From positions 1,508,710 through 1,572,709 of the forward strand of contig NMRA01000026.1 of the NCBI GenBank assembly GCA_002633005.1: 64,000 nucleotides of DNA, given 5' to 3'. How positions within the stretch are numbered: position 1 is the first letter of the stretch; each line of letters begins with the position of its first letter. This stretch comes from Phoronis australis (Eukaryota; Animalia; Phoronida). Shown in pieces: positions 13,156 through 28,100 of this stretch. The notes below the pieces were generated by a model. That model was not told the DNA's origin, made no database searches, and saw nothing but the letters and a program-made list of their open reading frames with translations. The position numbers and the translations under genes were made by a program.

Positions 13156-16100
13156 AACTTGGAATTGAACATATATTTGGGCAATCAGGTGAAGTTTTTT
13201 ATTCAGTGTAAAGAATTTTTGTAATTATTGGCCTTATAATCACTCACTTTCTCCTTTACTGTAACTTGTGTCAAAGAATCGCAGGAAATTGTGATTGATT
13301 AAAACAATTATTGTTTAGTGAATAAGATCGCCAATAGCTGAAAAAAGAATAGTTGAATTTTACAATATTTTGATAACATATAATTTGGTTTAGTGCAGTG
13401 CAAATTTTTATCCACATGAACATGATTATTTGAGTGAACTTGTCAAGTTTCCTCATGTATTCCAAGTCCACGCAACACTCACTTCCGCTTAATCTTGAGG
13501 TTAAGCAGGATTCCAAGTTCACGCACAGCAGTACCATCAGAGGTCCTAAAGTCGTGAGTGCCCTGAAGTTGTGAACGATTTTATTTCCGCTTCTGCGCGT
13601 TCCCGCGACATCTACCGCTGAAGTTTCCAGTGTTCGTTTGCTCACGAACGTAAAACGAATACCCAGACGTGTTGATATTCACAATATGCTAATAAACAGT
13701 GAGTGGGTGGCTTCTTTGTCAAATGTATCTTAAAACAGCATATTTTACTTATCCGCTTTTTTGTGCATTTTCAGAATATATTTTCGAAACTAAACATGGT
13801 TCTGATTTGCTATAACACGCGCTCCAGGGTTGGCTTGAACATAGCCTTGGTACAAAGCTGTATACTAAATATACAGCGTTGCACCGATGTGGGTAAAAAA
13901 GCGGTAAGATAAAATCTGACAAAATTAGTGTCATTAAAAACTACAGTCTTCCTTGAGTAAACTAAATTATTTAACGGTGTTGAAAAAAATTGCATTCTAC
14001 TGTTATTCTGCTGCTAAAGTTGTGGAGCGATCTTCTATGTTGGCTTTCAGTGCTATGAAATATTGTGTCACCTATTGGCCAGTTTCCTTTTTCGCCGATT
14101 CTTCAGTCAACTGTTGTTCTTTCACGAGGTTGTGTACACTTCACAAACCTATTATTGAAACTGGTTTCAATTCATTTTAAAGGAGAATGCCACCCAAAAA
14201 ACAACCTATTTTGAAACGATTTAGATCGAGTAGTTCTACTCGATAACGGCACGTTCGGTTGCGTTACCTGACACCTGACGGCAGACGGAGGTGTTGAAAT
14301 TATCCAATGACGTAATTGGTTTCACACGCAGTCTGTTCAGCAGTTCACAACACGGGTTAGTGGTGTCAGCTTATGGCTTGAATCAACGTTTAACACCAAT
14401 AAATTATCAAACTTCGTTGTAAACCCTTAAAAATAAACTGAGTTCGTATAAAAATGTGTTATTTTATTTCGCTGTTACGGATTTACTGGTATTTGTTCAT
14501 ATTCACGACTTTATGTTTAATAAATTATAATATCCAACCAAATATTTTAGGTATCTATGTTTAATGTTCGACGTTTGCAGTTGGCGGATTTTAGGGGGAT
14601 CCAAGGAGGCCATGCCCCCCTCCCCCTAAAATTCTTCTTGATTCCATTTTGCAGTTCGGGGGTGCGAATGTCTGACAGACAAAATCCTGACTAATACTCT
14701 GCCCTGTCCCCCCAACTCAAAATCTTGGATCTGCCCCTGGTTTGTGTAGTGAAGACACAAACATTACCAGGATTGAAAAAGGAAGGTTATTTTTTACAAT
14801 GTGCTTCAAATTCCTCAGCTCACTCATCGGTTAAAAGCTTCCACTGCTGCAGGCAACCCGTACGTAGCCCCTCAGTTGGGCATTTGACCTCAGGGCGATG
14901 TAATTGCTTACCACCGCTGATGTTGTATCAATTGAAAACAACATGCGACTCATGTGATTGGTTTAAAATTTCATACCATTCATTTGGCAGGGGTCCGAAG
15001 CAGAGCAGGCTTTGTATTCAGGTTGGTTAACCCTGCAGTGCTGACTTATAATAAATTTAAACAGCATGTTCGTTTTGTCAAGTAAAAACAGGAGTGATGA
15101 ACATATGCATGTTTACTTTTTTTCAAGAGCTCGTGTTCTAATATTTATGTCATGAATTCTCATGAAGTTAATTAAGTGCAAATTTCATCATTTCGTATTA
15201 CGTACAACTATACCAACAAAACAGTTTATGTTATATAACAATTCCGGACATCTTGTGTTGTTGTTTACTATGCCACTGACCAGTTCCCACTCATATGAAA
15301 CCCTATATGCCAAACAGCTGTCCAGACTTCATTCATGTTTATGAGTTGGATGAAATCACCGGAACTCTCAATATTGTTGTTGTTTTGCACTCAAAACCCA
15401 CACATATTTCTATTCACTATATATATTGTAGCTAGAGTTAATAAACTTTGTGTGTCATTAGAAACTCAACGACTGTGTTAGTCTTTATGCTGCTCTCCAT
15501 CGACTTGCTGTTGCTACCTTGTTAGCCAACTATCTACCGTTCAACCAAGAACCGGGTAACACAACTATATTACCACGACCTATCCCCACATTAGTGGAAT
15601 CCGAGTCTCCACATTGCTGATTTCTCCACAATTTACTTTTGTGATTGTTTGATCAGTTATTTGACAGTGAAACAAGATGGCGATCATTTATTGATGGCGG
15701 AGCTGAACGTACAAACGTACAAATAAATGAATGCGCTCATAGGAGCAACACTGGCGAAATTGACTGAAAAGACGACAATGGAGATGATGGTGGTGGTGGT
15801 GGTGGTGGTGGTGGTGATAGTGTCGATGATGAACGTGATGATATGACGAATGAAGATGACACAAATGAGTAGGTAAACCAACAAAAGTGCATAAAAAATA
15901 TGTAAACAAAGGAATAGCGTCATCAGACAATTCTTAATGATTACAAAATGAGACGTCATAGCGCAAAATGGATATCAAACATCTTCTGAAAGTCTGTTCG
16001 AAACTCTATCTAACAGCTAATTCACAAAATTCGAAAATTATTGAAATTTTGCATTTATTTTTAAATTGAAAGGCAAATTACTCAAAAACGGTAAGTCTGA

Positions 16101-19100
16101 TAAAAAATGTTGCAGATCATTTGAAAGAGTATAGCTTAGAGAATCCACATGCAAATATTCATGTCATTTCCTTTTCCTGTTCAAAATAGCTCATTAGCAT
16201 GATTGAAAATTGATGAAAATGCATCAGATCCACCATTTTGAAAATAACAATGGATAATAGCTAGCTAGAGGAAACTAGCACATAAATAAATTTAGTGCCT
16301 TCTACAGGACAAACGTTTCCGTCCCGAAATCGAGGTGCCCATATGCAATGGGCAATATTTCCACCATCTTTGATCGGAAGTAAATTATTACCAGCACATC
16401 TGTAGTACACGTCTGTTACAATAATCGTACTGATTTTCAGTCTTGTACGTCAAAAATCGCGGGCTTTATGTGCGATTGAATCTGGATTTGAAAACAAAAT
16501 GTCTGCCACGTTCGCCATCTTGAATCCGATCATGATGAAAAATATTAGGCTTCTAGCTATTCCAGAAGTAGAGGTTGTGTGTAAATTTCATGCGAATCAG
16601 ACCAAAGATGCTACTTATAGAGTGCAAACAAATAAACAAAAATTAGTGCCAGAGCAACACACTTGGCGAAATAATTTCACCAAGTAATGACACAACAGTG
16701 TATCCGAATGTCCCACCTCTGCTATGCTGTTCATTGGGCATTTGTGGATCTCTGTTGTTTACCTTCTATTTATTATAGTGCCATGACAAGCAGCTGATTG
16801 AAGGTGCCTGTGGTATGAGCTAACCTTGAATATTTCATGATAATCGTCTTTAAAGTGATATGATGTGATGCAAGTGAAATTCTGGTAATTGTGGGTTGAC
16901 AATCATATTGGTAATTATCAATTTTTTGGTACATGCAAGTTTTGCCATGGCCAGCACCGTCGCCTGTGCCGTGGTCTGGCGTGGTTGAACACAGGCTATT
17001 GCTGGTATCATGCTAAATATGTTTTCCTGGTAAATAAGTTTTCTGACTTCTGTCACTCATTCAAGGATATGTGAAGAATATTTCATTTGATTAAGTCAAA
17101 ATTTGCCCGTTTTGTAATCAGTAAACATCAACATCATTCATCCTTGACCTTGTCTTGTGTTGTCCTATGATTCATCTGTGTGATTGTTGTATGTCCCATG
17201 TATAAGGTCATCAGAAGACTGCGAATTTGTCCTGTCAAGTCTACTTTTGCTGAAGCTGGTCTGGTTGACTATCAGCCGTGCTCCATGAATACTTAACTAT
17301 TGTCCACAAATATGCTATGCATCAAATTATTTCTGCATCTGTACATTCACCTATTTCCTCGTCCCATTATTTATTTGGTAATTGAAATTGTCTTATTGTA
17401 TCGTTACCGTATATTGCTGGTCTCCCCCCAAGCAGGACTATATGATAGTTCCTGTTTCAAATAAGTTTTAGGTTTTTCATATGACTCGATGTAATCTTGA
17501 CTAAGACCCGTTTTGTCCAGCCCTCCTCAGGGGGTCTTATGTGTCATTGTAGTATTTTCAGTGGCGTATCTACGTTTTCAGCAAGGGGGGTTTAGGATTC
17601 CCGCCAAGGTCGAATCCTAGGCGCGTGGCGCCGAGCGGGGGGGTTTCCCCTCCCGTGTAAGATATTTTTTTGTTTTTGTAGCCAAATAGTGAAATTTCCA
17701 TGCATCCTGGTAAGTTTCTGGCACTTAACATGTCTCTGGAGTTTTTCTTAAGATAATTAAAAACCCTTCTCGATTTCGTCACATGAACTTGGCACATAAG
17801 TTTCGTGAAACCATATTGTGCACATCTGGGTATGAGTCACGCCACCAGCAAAAATTTTTGTTGGAACATCTGCTTACACACACCTTTTTTAGCATACGAA
17901 AAGTCGTATACGAAAAAGTGTGGTGTGTATACAGGGGTTTAGACAATTTCCAAATATTCAAGAGCATAATTAAGGAGCACCGACGGGGCGTAAAAACTTG
18001 AATATCAGATGATCGCGTAACAGCAGCCTCAAGTTGTTTAAGAACGAAGACCTGTACTGTTAGTCCGGAAATAAACATGTGTTCTGTCTCGTTACGAGAA
18101 AAACTGGCGAACGATGGTGCTCTCAACTCATAGTCTATTATTAAAAGCGACAATAAATAATTAGGTATCACTTTATTAAGCTGAATCACGTTGACAACAA
18201 TTGAAAAACGTCAAATCTATCAGGAAACAAATCATCTGAAAACAGTTTCACGAAACCAAAACATCCTGTGCACAGTGGTGAAAAGATACACTGGACTAGT
18301 TTGCAGAGGGACCAGATGTACACTGAGAGTACACAAAAAGCTGACCTGGTCCGTCACGAGACCAAGAGTACACCTGTGCTTATTATCCCTATAAAAATAG
18401 TCGATCTGTCGCGGGACCAAACAGTACTGGCTGAGATAAATAGTTTTACAAAGCACACTTTGGTAAAAAAAATCACAAGACTAGTTCGCCGAGGGACCAG
18501 AAGTACACTGAAACTCAACATCTACACAAATCAAGCTGGCCTGGTCCGTCGCGAGACCTAAAGTGTACTATGCAAAAAATTTTGAAATGAAAACTTCTCT
18601 CTAAGATTTTAATCCCCAGTGGTTACTCATACGTTAGTCCTATCCTTCTGTTGTCTAGACTGCCGAGGAATTTGTATATCGGATCCAATGATTTGCTCGT
18701 CTTGGAACCATTCTACCCAGATATCTTCGATGTTTGTTCCCAACGCTTGCACTTCGTCAACTGCTGTGTCAATGAGCTTGTAAGCCTCTACAATGTCAGC
18801 ATCTCGTTTCGCAGCTCAGTTGACACTAAGACCCTTGAGGTTGCCAAGTCCATTCAAAAGACTTACATGCGCAACTAAATTTGATCCGTTCATCATGGAC
18901 TACTTCAAACCTTGACGAAGCATCCCAGGACCTATTTGCATCTCTTGCAATTTTCGAAATAAACGTCCCAATGTCTGAACGCTTGAAACCCGAAGTACTA
19001 ATATCAAATAAATGCCCATGGGCATGAGCGTTTCATCGGGTGAGCCTTTCTGCGGAAATTCCCAGTATAGAAGACGGCAGTGTGCTTATTGCAGGTAGAC

Positions 19101-22100
19101 AGACGGTAGGTGTTGAGGTCGGAACTAGGGCTCCTTAGGAGGCCTATTGAACATCGCACGAGTCCCGCAAGACTTTGTTGTGAAAGAACAGCCTCCCCGC
19201 AATTTCTGGTACTGCACACTTTTCGCGAATGCGGTCACATTCTCAATGTGGGTGCCCCCTTGGTCATTCCTTGTATAGACATAACTTGTTATAGAGTGTG
19301 TCTTCAAACGGACTCGCGACCAGACCACGGCGCCCGCCACAATAGCAATTCTTCGGAAAAAGATTTTTTTTCAAAAATATTACATGTACATGTACACAAT
19401 ATTACATCTACACTGTATGATATTGCGCAAGACAACTTTTGATACATCAGTTACAAACGTGTGGAGTGTAATAGAATGACACGGCATGACAGATGAGGTA
19501 AAAACGTTGCACGTCAATTCGCCTGAATATCAGGGTTGCAGCACCGCAGTATTTCCCCTAATCAAATCAAAACATATCTTAGAGTAAAGAAGCTAGTTAC
19601 TTAAAGAAATCAGCTATAGAACTGCTCTTTCAGCGGTGAATTCATCTAAAATGCTTGGCTACTTCAGAAGTGCCAACGGAAGCGCGCGCACAATAAATAC
19701 CCGCGCGTTTTGCCGATGAGCCACGAAGACTCGGCAATTCACAATGCAAAAAACTATATTTTCAGAGTGAACCCCCCCTCTCAATTTTTTCCAAGTTGGT
19801 TTACTTGGGGTTTACACACGCTGGCGGTGCCGTTTTTGTTTTGCTGGAGACGCTTCTGTTTTTTTTTAAATTTTTGGGTCCTGGCACGAGGGGGGGGGGT
19901 TTAAACCCCCTGAACCTCCCCCCCCCGTAGATCCGCCACTGATTTTAGCATGTTTAGAGAGACCCTCTGGCGACTATTTTTACCACCAGGTGGCTTCCCT
20001 AACATTTCTAGGGTTGCGACATTCCGAACTCTTTTTATTGGTTGGAATCTGGATGAAAGGTTGTTTTATGTTCGTCTTCCAATGGGAACTATAAAGTCTA
20101 AGCTAGGGAAAAGTAAACATGTTTATCGTATCTGCTTGCAACATGTATCAGACCATCTGCATGGTGACTGGGTGAGTGGCTAAGTATATCCATGCACAAG
20201 CTGTACTATTAATAAAAAATGTTATGATTTTTTATTCTTCCCACTAGTTATTTACTTAATTATTGGCACCATAAGCTATAAATATTAGAATTGTGGAAAA
20301 TGGATGAATCACCACCAAAATCACCACATAATGTCTGGGTTGTGATTAAAAATTTAATTTTTTTAATCTCTTTGGTTTATTTAGGTCGCTTAACTAGGTC
20401 TAAGACAGAAAGTACACAGCCACCAAAATTCTTTTTATGATTAGGGTAACAATCAGTTGCTTTAGATCTTTCATATTTGGTGCAAAGATAAGGTTTTTTT
20501 AAATTTATTCCTTAAAAATCTTACCAAAAATGTGCAAAGGCATTCAGAATTGGCCTGATACTGGATTGGTGCTTTGGCTGTATTGTAATATCCAATTTAT
20601 ATGTAATTTAACAGTATACGAAGCGGACTAAAATTTGCTTGTGATAAATTAACTTGAACTGCATGTATGTCGCATTTTCTCCTGAAGATGGGTGGGTCAG
20701 CTCGTCACTCACCGGTGCTAATAGTTTTCTCTGCAGTGATATAGTGAAGACTCTACGTTTACTAGTCTAATTAAACGAAACTTTCCACACAATGTCTATC
20801 CTGATGATCCAGACAGTGCTGCGAAGCTTTGACTTGTGAACCCAGTATCTACTGTCTTACTCATTGGCTGATTCAATAACTACAGCTGCTATAGCGTCTC
20901 TACAGATAAATTACTATATTAACTGACCCTGTAATCACAAACCTCAGTAGGGCTGAATATTGTCTCTTGCGATCCAGTGATGAAGCCCATTTCATTTTGT
21001 CACTCCTGTATTACGAAATGGCTATTAAAAGACATGGGTGAAACTTAGTGCTTATTATGTCTATTGCAGAGCAATAAATCAGCTATTGATGCTGTATGAT
21101 GTCTGTGACCAAAAGAAAAGACAATGTGAACAGGTGTGCCAAGACTGCAGAAGGCTGATGAAACCTTGGTGAGCTACTGACAACTACAGATTTTACTTTA
21201 TTTTACATACCTTAAAGTAGAATGCCACCAGATTTATTTCATATTTTTACCATCTTAATCGGTCTATATCTACATCACCTCGTATTCTGTCAATCTCACC
21301 TCCCCGAAAGGTGTCGCGCTAACCTCTGAGGAAGGTGAGTACACGATGCAGCGATGTCAGTGGTTCTTCTGCAGAGTGTGTAGGCTACGGTACGTTCAAA
21401 ATTTCTATGAATTTGTAACAGCAAAACAAAATAACTCGTTTGTTTAAAAACTGTATTTTTAAGGGTTTTGCATCAAATTTTGATGATTTATTAGTGTAAA
21501 GCGATGAAGTCGAACAGTAAGCTGCCACTCGTAAGCGGTTTGTGAACTGCTGAACAGATTGCGTTAGAACCTGTGACATCGGTTAATTTGTGCACCTCCG
21601 TCTGCCATCTGGTATCAGGTAAAAGAACTGAACTTGCGGTTATCGAGTGGAACTACTCGATCTAAATTGATACAAAATACGTTGTTTTTGTGGTGGCATT
21701 CTCCATTAACATCAAATTTGTCGTCTCTGCTAGGTTGTATCTCATGCCTTGGTGTATCTTCTTTTGCTTTCTTGTTTGCATGTCGGGAAATTCGAAAAAT
21801 CACATTGTGTATGGTCAAGTAGCACTGAGTTTGCCAATTTCCACAATTTTATACAAGTGTCAAAACTGTCTTGTACTGATGTGGTGTCGTTGTGAAGACA
21901 AAACTGTTCTTTTACAGAATGTGCTTGATACATTGTCGAGCAAAAAGTATGGTTGCTGCGTGTGTCTAAAGTTGGTGTGTGGCATTGGAGGTGGTATAAA
22001 ATTGTAGTGTCAGTGCCACTTGAAACTAGTAGTTGTTTTGAAATGTATCATATTAGATGTGCTGTAAAGAAAAGTATTAAGCTGTTTTTTTTTTCTCGCT

Positions 22101-25100
22101 ATACTGCGCTCAAAATTGGATGTGGTTCTTCTGAAGCAGACAAGCTATGTCTGAATGAACTTTGCATAATATCAGAACTTGTGTCTATTTACTTTAGGCC
22201 TAAGAAGAAAAAGGAAACAACAGAAACAGCTAAATGCCCTGATGCAAATGTTACCGATAAACCAGTGCCTGTTGATGACACAAGTAAAATCCAGGATGAG
22301 CCAGACATACAGCTAGTTAAACAACTATTAAACAAGGCTCAGAGTTCTAGGAAAAGAGCTGAGTACAGGGTACAAACAGAGGTAGTTAATTGAAAATTGT
22401 ATGTCTCTGTCAGAAACAAGGATGTGTTTGTCGTATATTGTGATATTTATTTTCGTTTATTCAATGGATTATGTCTCCTATTTGTTATAAGTCCACAATT
22501 GTAACAGTGAAAGTTTAGACTGGTGAGCAAACCATGTTGTTGTTGCTGCTGCTAAGAGTTGACACGGTGCTTAGTGTGGTGGAAAGTACTGACAGTGTAC
22601 AACATCCTTTATTTTATTTCACATTACATATTATGTGTGTTGTTTTGAATGGTATTTAGAATGGAAAAGTTGCAGAATATCAACAAAATACAGTCTGACA
22701 GACGTTTCCGCCCTCTCTCCAAGGTCTTTGTTCACTGACTGGATGAACACTTAAGATATGCATTGAATTATTATGACATCCAACTTCCAGTATCCAGAAT
22801 TTGCATATTTCAATTATATGTGATTTTTCCTCAAAATACCATTTAATGTCTTTTGAATAGTGCCTGTAATGACCTTACGTAACAATATTTTTTCAACTCA
22901 AAAGTTCTCTTACTCGCACATGCATGACTTGAAATGTCCTTTTCTACAGCACTTTATTACTTTGTGTTTATTATTGTTGTTATTATTTACCATTATTTTC
23001 ATTATCCTTATAATATAATTTTTACACATTTTTCCGCATCCTTTGATTTAAATGACATGTCTGCTTCATTTAGACTAAGGAGCTGTCAACAAGTGAAGTC
23101 TCATCTCCAGAAGTTGAATGTAGTGAAAAACGTGCTAATGCTGTAGCTAAGCCTCCATCTGGCAAAAGACATGAGATCACCAATAAAGCTCAGTCTGTGG
23201 TAAGAATGCAAGGACCTCACTTGGTGTCAAGGGAAGGTCCCAAAAGTAGCAGCAGACCACCAGTGTCGACTACTGCTAAACCAGACAGTAAAAACAGATC
23301 TATGGCTACAAGTAAACAAATGAGTGGAAGTTCTGCAGTCAAATCCAGCGTTGGTGTCATTAAGAAGTCATCGCTAGACAAAATTCTCCAACCAGCTTTG
23401 TCTACCAACTCGAGTAAATCGGTTCACAAGGTAGTACCAGCTCACCAAAAAGCTCCGTTTAAAACTGAGGTGAGAAGGCCTGTTAGCGGACATAAGAAGT
23501 TGAACCCTCTCAGGTCTAAATCTTGTGATCGTCAGGGCGGGGGTACTGTGTCAAGTAATCTGTTGGCACGTGATAGAGGAAAAAGTGAGAAATTAATACC
23601 ACAACAACAAAGGATCTATCGTGGAAATTTAATGAAAACAAGTTCGGACTCGGACTTATGTCATACTAAGGTCATGTTGGAGCATGAACAAAAACTGTGC
23701 TCGAGGGAAGATGGCGACGGGGTATCATTGGACAAACCAATTGTTGATAGTCAAAGTGCAAAAGAAGGTTGGACTAAAGATAATGTTACTGACCATGCTG
23801 GTGATGAGTCCAAGAAAGAAGTTATCGCAGAAACTCCATTTTGTATATTGCGTGATGGGTAAATAGTTTTATAAATATTATAGAAAGTAGTTTGTTGAAT
23901 TACAATTTTTGCAAACAAGTAGCTTAAGAGTTTTGATGTTTTAAAAGAACTTTTTAAATGTAACAAATTTCTATGTTATCCTTGAGAAGGGAAATGTTAT
24001 GTTTTTGAGTACTTTTGGTTAAATTGGCATATTTTAATTAGTCTCACAAGTAATTTGAAATCTTTTTAGTTGTTTATGAAATCAGTATTAACATTTCTTC
24101 GAATCCGGAAGTGTGACACAGCAATTTGCTCAATTCAAACACTATGGCTCTGATTAGCTGAATCACTGTTGGCTCTGATTGGCTAAATCACTGTTGTGTT
24201 AATTTCATTTCCTGTTTCTGGCATCCTTGTTCAGGTTGGAAGCAAATTTTGAAAAATCAGAACTGGACTGAGATTCTGCAGCCGTCTCAGCCATTGATTA
24301 CAATTATCAACACAGAACGGTTGACATTTTTGGCACTTCCTCATTTCCTCATTGAGGAATGGTATTTTTTTAAATTTCACTTCAAGATCAACTAAGTATA
24401 GTTAAAATACCTTTTATAGTTAGTAAAATCTGAGCCACGGCAAGTTACCGGGTAGATCATGTAGTTGTTGGTGTGGAAATAGTTAAATACTGTGGTTAAA
24501 TAATCGTACTGTCGGTGATCTGTTAGTTGGTAAGTACACAAATGCATGCATAAAAACAGCAAAAATTAAAATTTCATCATTTGATGCCACCCAAAATGTG
24601 ATATTATGAATGCGATCGTTTGATTTTAAATTCTGCAAATTTATGAAAATTCTTTTATTTCTAGGAAGAAACTTTCTGTGTCATCAAAGCTTAGACGTAT
24701 TTTCATGAGTAATGTTCGACTACGGCAAAAAGTGAATGCTGTGCGCTTAACTCACAAAGTTGATGAACACAGTCAGACGGATCAGTTTAGGAGACGTATG
24801 CTTGCACAGGTATTGTTTTTAATCACATCACTACAGTCTACACAAGTTACTGTTGGGTTACCAGTTAAATGTCTCAAACTCAAAATATTTTTCCCTAGAT
24901 TAGTGTTGGTCATTACCTGCACTTGACGCCTGTAATAGATACTTTCTCTAATTGACATCAGTCCAAGCTTGTGCCGTTTCTCATATTGTGCAACTGTATC
25001 AACCTCAAGACTCATTTTCGTTAACCTAGTTTATGAAACAATCTGTGTATGTTTTTAGCAATATGTGTTATGGCTGATCACTTGAATACTATGAAAATCC

Positions 25101-28100
25101 ACCTTTCTGATTGAAGGCTAGTGTTATTAAGGTTGTTCTCATTTGATAAATGGATTTGTGTTATTGCTGATTATGGTAAATTCGCACGAAGTTGGGTGCC
25201 AAAACCCTATTAAATCTTTGTCTCGAAGAGAATGTTTCAATTCAAACAACAGCTAATGTTGTAGCACCAATTAGGAAGGGTTATAAAGTTTTAAAACTCA
25301 CCAAATGGGCCTGGGCTCTAATTTTTGTGCTCAAAACGTGATTTGAAAATTAACCTATTGCATGGTACAATTCAGTAAATTTGAACTCGCGTCATGTGAC
25401 GTCTGAGTCTGAATCAATTGTGAGTTGTGAGATTAAACTCAGGGTCTAGCTCATGATTGCTACATTCTGATCACACACAACCTTTTGTGAAAATTCTGTT
25501 TACAAACCTCTAAAGAGAATTCCTAGTTCTATGATACTTTTCATGGAAAACGAGGCATATCTGTGGCACTTATTGCAGATTCAATATTTTCTTTGTACAT
25601 CAAACGGTGTCAGAGCATTTTACGCTTAGAAAAATTGCATACACCCTTTGCATATTACACTGATAAGCACAGGTTGGTTCAAAAAGTGCCCTATTTAATG
25701 TTTCATGCTAAAGTTTTGTTTTACAATGTTTTTCATGTTTTTAAGGGGTGTCAAAATTGTACAGGGCAGTAAACAACAAGTTGACTTTTCCACAAAATTG
25801 GTGCTTCTGACGTAGACAGTTCTGGTGAGATTTTGACAAGAACAATGCAAAGTAAGGTTAAAAGAACAATTGGGTATTTGGTGGCCAAACTTCAGGAGAC
25901 TGGAAATATAGCAATTACCAATCAATGTCGACCTCTTACAATCAAAACCCTCCCCTCTGGGGATTATTGTTGAGGACCTCTAATTGATATCCCTGCAAGA
26001 TGCTTGTTGTTCTGCCTTATTGTGATTAGTGTACCTCTGTGAAATTTGTATTTTCATAGCAAAAGGCAATCCTTGTACCTGATAATCTCGAAATGCCAAC
26101 TTCTCGTGAGGGATGGCGATTTGAGATTTTCGTGGGGGAATCTTCAAGTCGTTCCCGCAAGGGAGTTCTGGCTGGAAGAGGTCGATCACTTTGACTGCGA
26201 CTTTTATTGGCATTTGCTCCACTTCCAGTCTCCTAAAAATTGACCATTAAAAGTTCAATTATATTGAGTACATTCAGGTATATTGTTCCTGCCTAAATCT
26301 TGCCTGCATTGTTCATGTTTCAGAAACGCCAATCTTGTGGAAAATTAGTTCTCAATGAAGTTTATCCCCCTGCTCCTCAGTGCACTGTTCAATTTGACTT
26401 ATTTTGGTTTCAAAATAATCTCACAGGCTTTCTGTCTACTCCGTCAGAAAAATATGGAAAAGTTTTGTATATGCACAAATTAAGGGCAAGCTATAAATCC
26501 TGGTGATTTTTAGACCACCCTATTTTGTTTCTTAATTTGATGTTAAACACTGATAATTCCCTTGTAATACTTTCAGCTTGAGAAAGACAATCCGGATACA
26601 AGCACATATGGTAGAGTAGTGAAGATTTGCCGAGAGTATGCTACCCTGCAAAAAATTTGGGACAATCTCAGGTTGGATCTGGACGAAGGTAATCACTTGC
26701 AGGTGTACACCAAGATCGACGTACTGTGTTTTCTTATACTTTTCATTGAATTATTCTCCTCGTTATGGAAAGACGCAATATGTGTTGTCAGTGTGACACC
26801 TGGGACAAGCTCAATTTCTAGATTATATGACTTCTGAATAATTCAACCTTCTGTTAATCCGCATCCACAACATGCATGTTTTGTTACCAACTTGTACGAT
26901 AGGTTGTATGATTTCTTCATTTTGGTTTACATGAACAGCACTTCAACGCTAATATGAATATGCAACGTTGCTTCTTTCTTCAGAGATGAGCTCCGCTACT
27001 GATGTCCTTCTTGTAAAAAGAACCATTGAGCACATAGTGATTAGATGCAATGAGCTTGAGAAGGATTACCACATCTTAATCAAAGGTGAGACATTTTTGT
27101 AATACTCAAGTGCCATCAGTCCAAGTTTCTTGCACTTGTTGACCCCTAGGTTCGAGTTATATTTTTGAGTAAAGACTTGAGGTTTCGATTAAAAACTCAA
27201 AATTTTGAGTTCAGACTCAAATTTTTAGCGTTAATGCTGGGGTCATCAAGTGCAAGCTAGGATTTAACAGTCATCATCAATTTGGACCAAAGTAGTTTGA
27301 TTTTTAGTACAAAGATTATACCCCAAGCCTTGGTCTTAGAATTTGTGTGTGCGTCCCAAGATAAAGAAGATGACTATAAAGTGATATATCTTCATCTCTG
27401 TCACTTTTGGTTTGGTGTCTCACTAGAGCTTACTGACCAGTACACTCTGACTGCGACCAGCTGTGTAAGTGACGTAACTGAAGTGTCATTTGCTCCCGTT
27501 GGTAGATTCAATGTCTTCCCTCCGTCTGTTGCACAAATAACTAGAGCTTACTGACCAGTACACTTTGACTGTGACCAGCTGTGCAAGTGACACAAATGAA
27601 GTGTCATTTGCTCCCATTGGTAGATTCAATGCTGTACTGTCTTCCCTCCATCTATTCCACAAATTACTTCACCCACTACACAAAGGTTGGCATAGAAACC
27701 ACATTTTGTAAAATGACCCAAAACTGGTTCCATCTCTTGTTATTGTGCTATCAGTGCTTCCCATGTGAGCTAAAAATAATGTTCATGAAATTTTTCTCAC
27801 TGTGTTTCAAAGTGGACCTTGTGTTGCGAGGTGAGCAGCCTTTTTCCTTAAAAAAGTTTTAGAGAGCATTTTATAAAGCATAGTACCTGAAAGTTTCGTT
27901 TGAATTTGATCTGCCACTTCTGAGATTTAATGTTCCATAACAGCCAAATTTGGACATTTTTTTAGGGTCCTACTTAACCTTAAATGACATATACAGTCAA
28001 ACCTTCCATGTGTTGACATCTATGTACAGGACTCTAGCCTTCACTGGAAATGATGAACGTCGGGCTTATTTCATGTAGATCCATTTTTGAAATCTATTCT

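Noticed and set aside
15684-15959. Poly-His / poly-Thr ORFs
   Set aside because: Products of a (GGT)n microsatellite within repeat-derived intron sequence.
18280-18570. Regularly spaced repeats resembling a CRISPR-like array
   Set aside because: Degenerate ~60-bp tandem units inside a eukaryotic transposon; no constant repeat with unique spacers and no cas genes.
20800-20872. Possible C/D-box snoRNA in a TEDC2 intron (TGATGA...CTGA)
   Set aside because: No terminal stem or convincing antisense guide.
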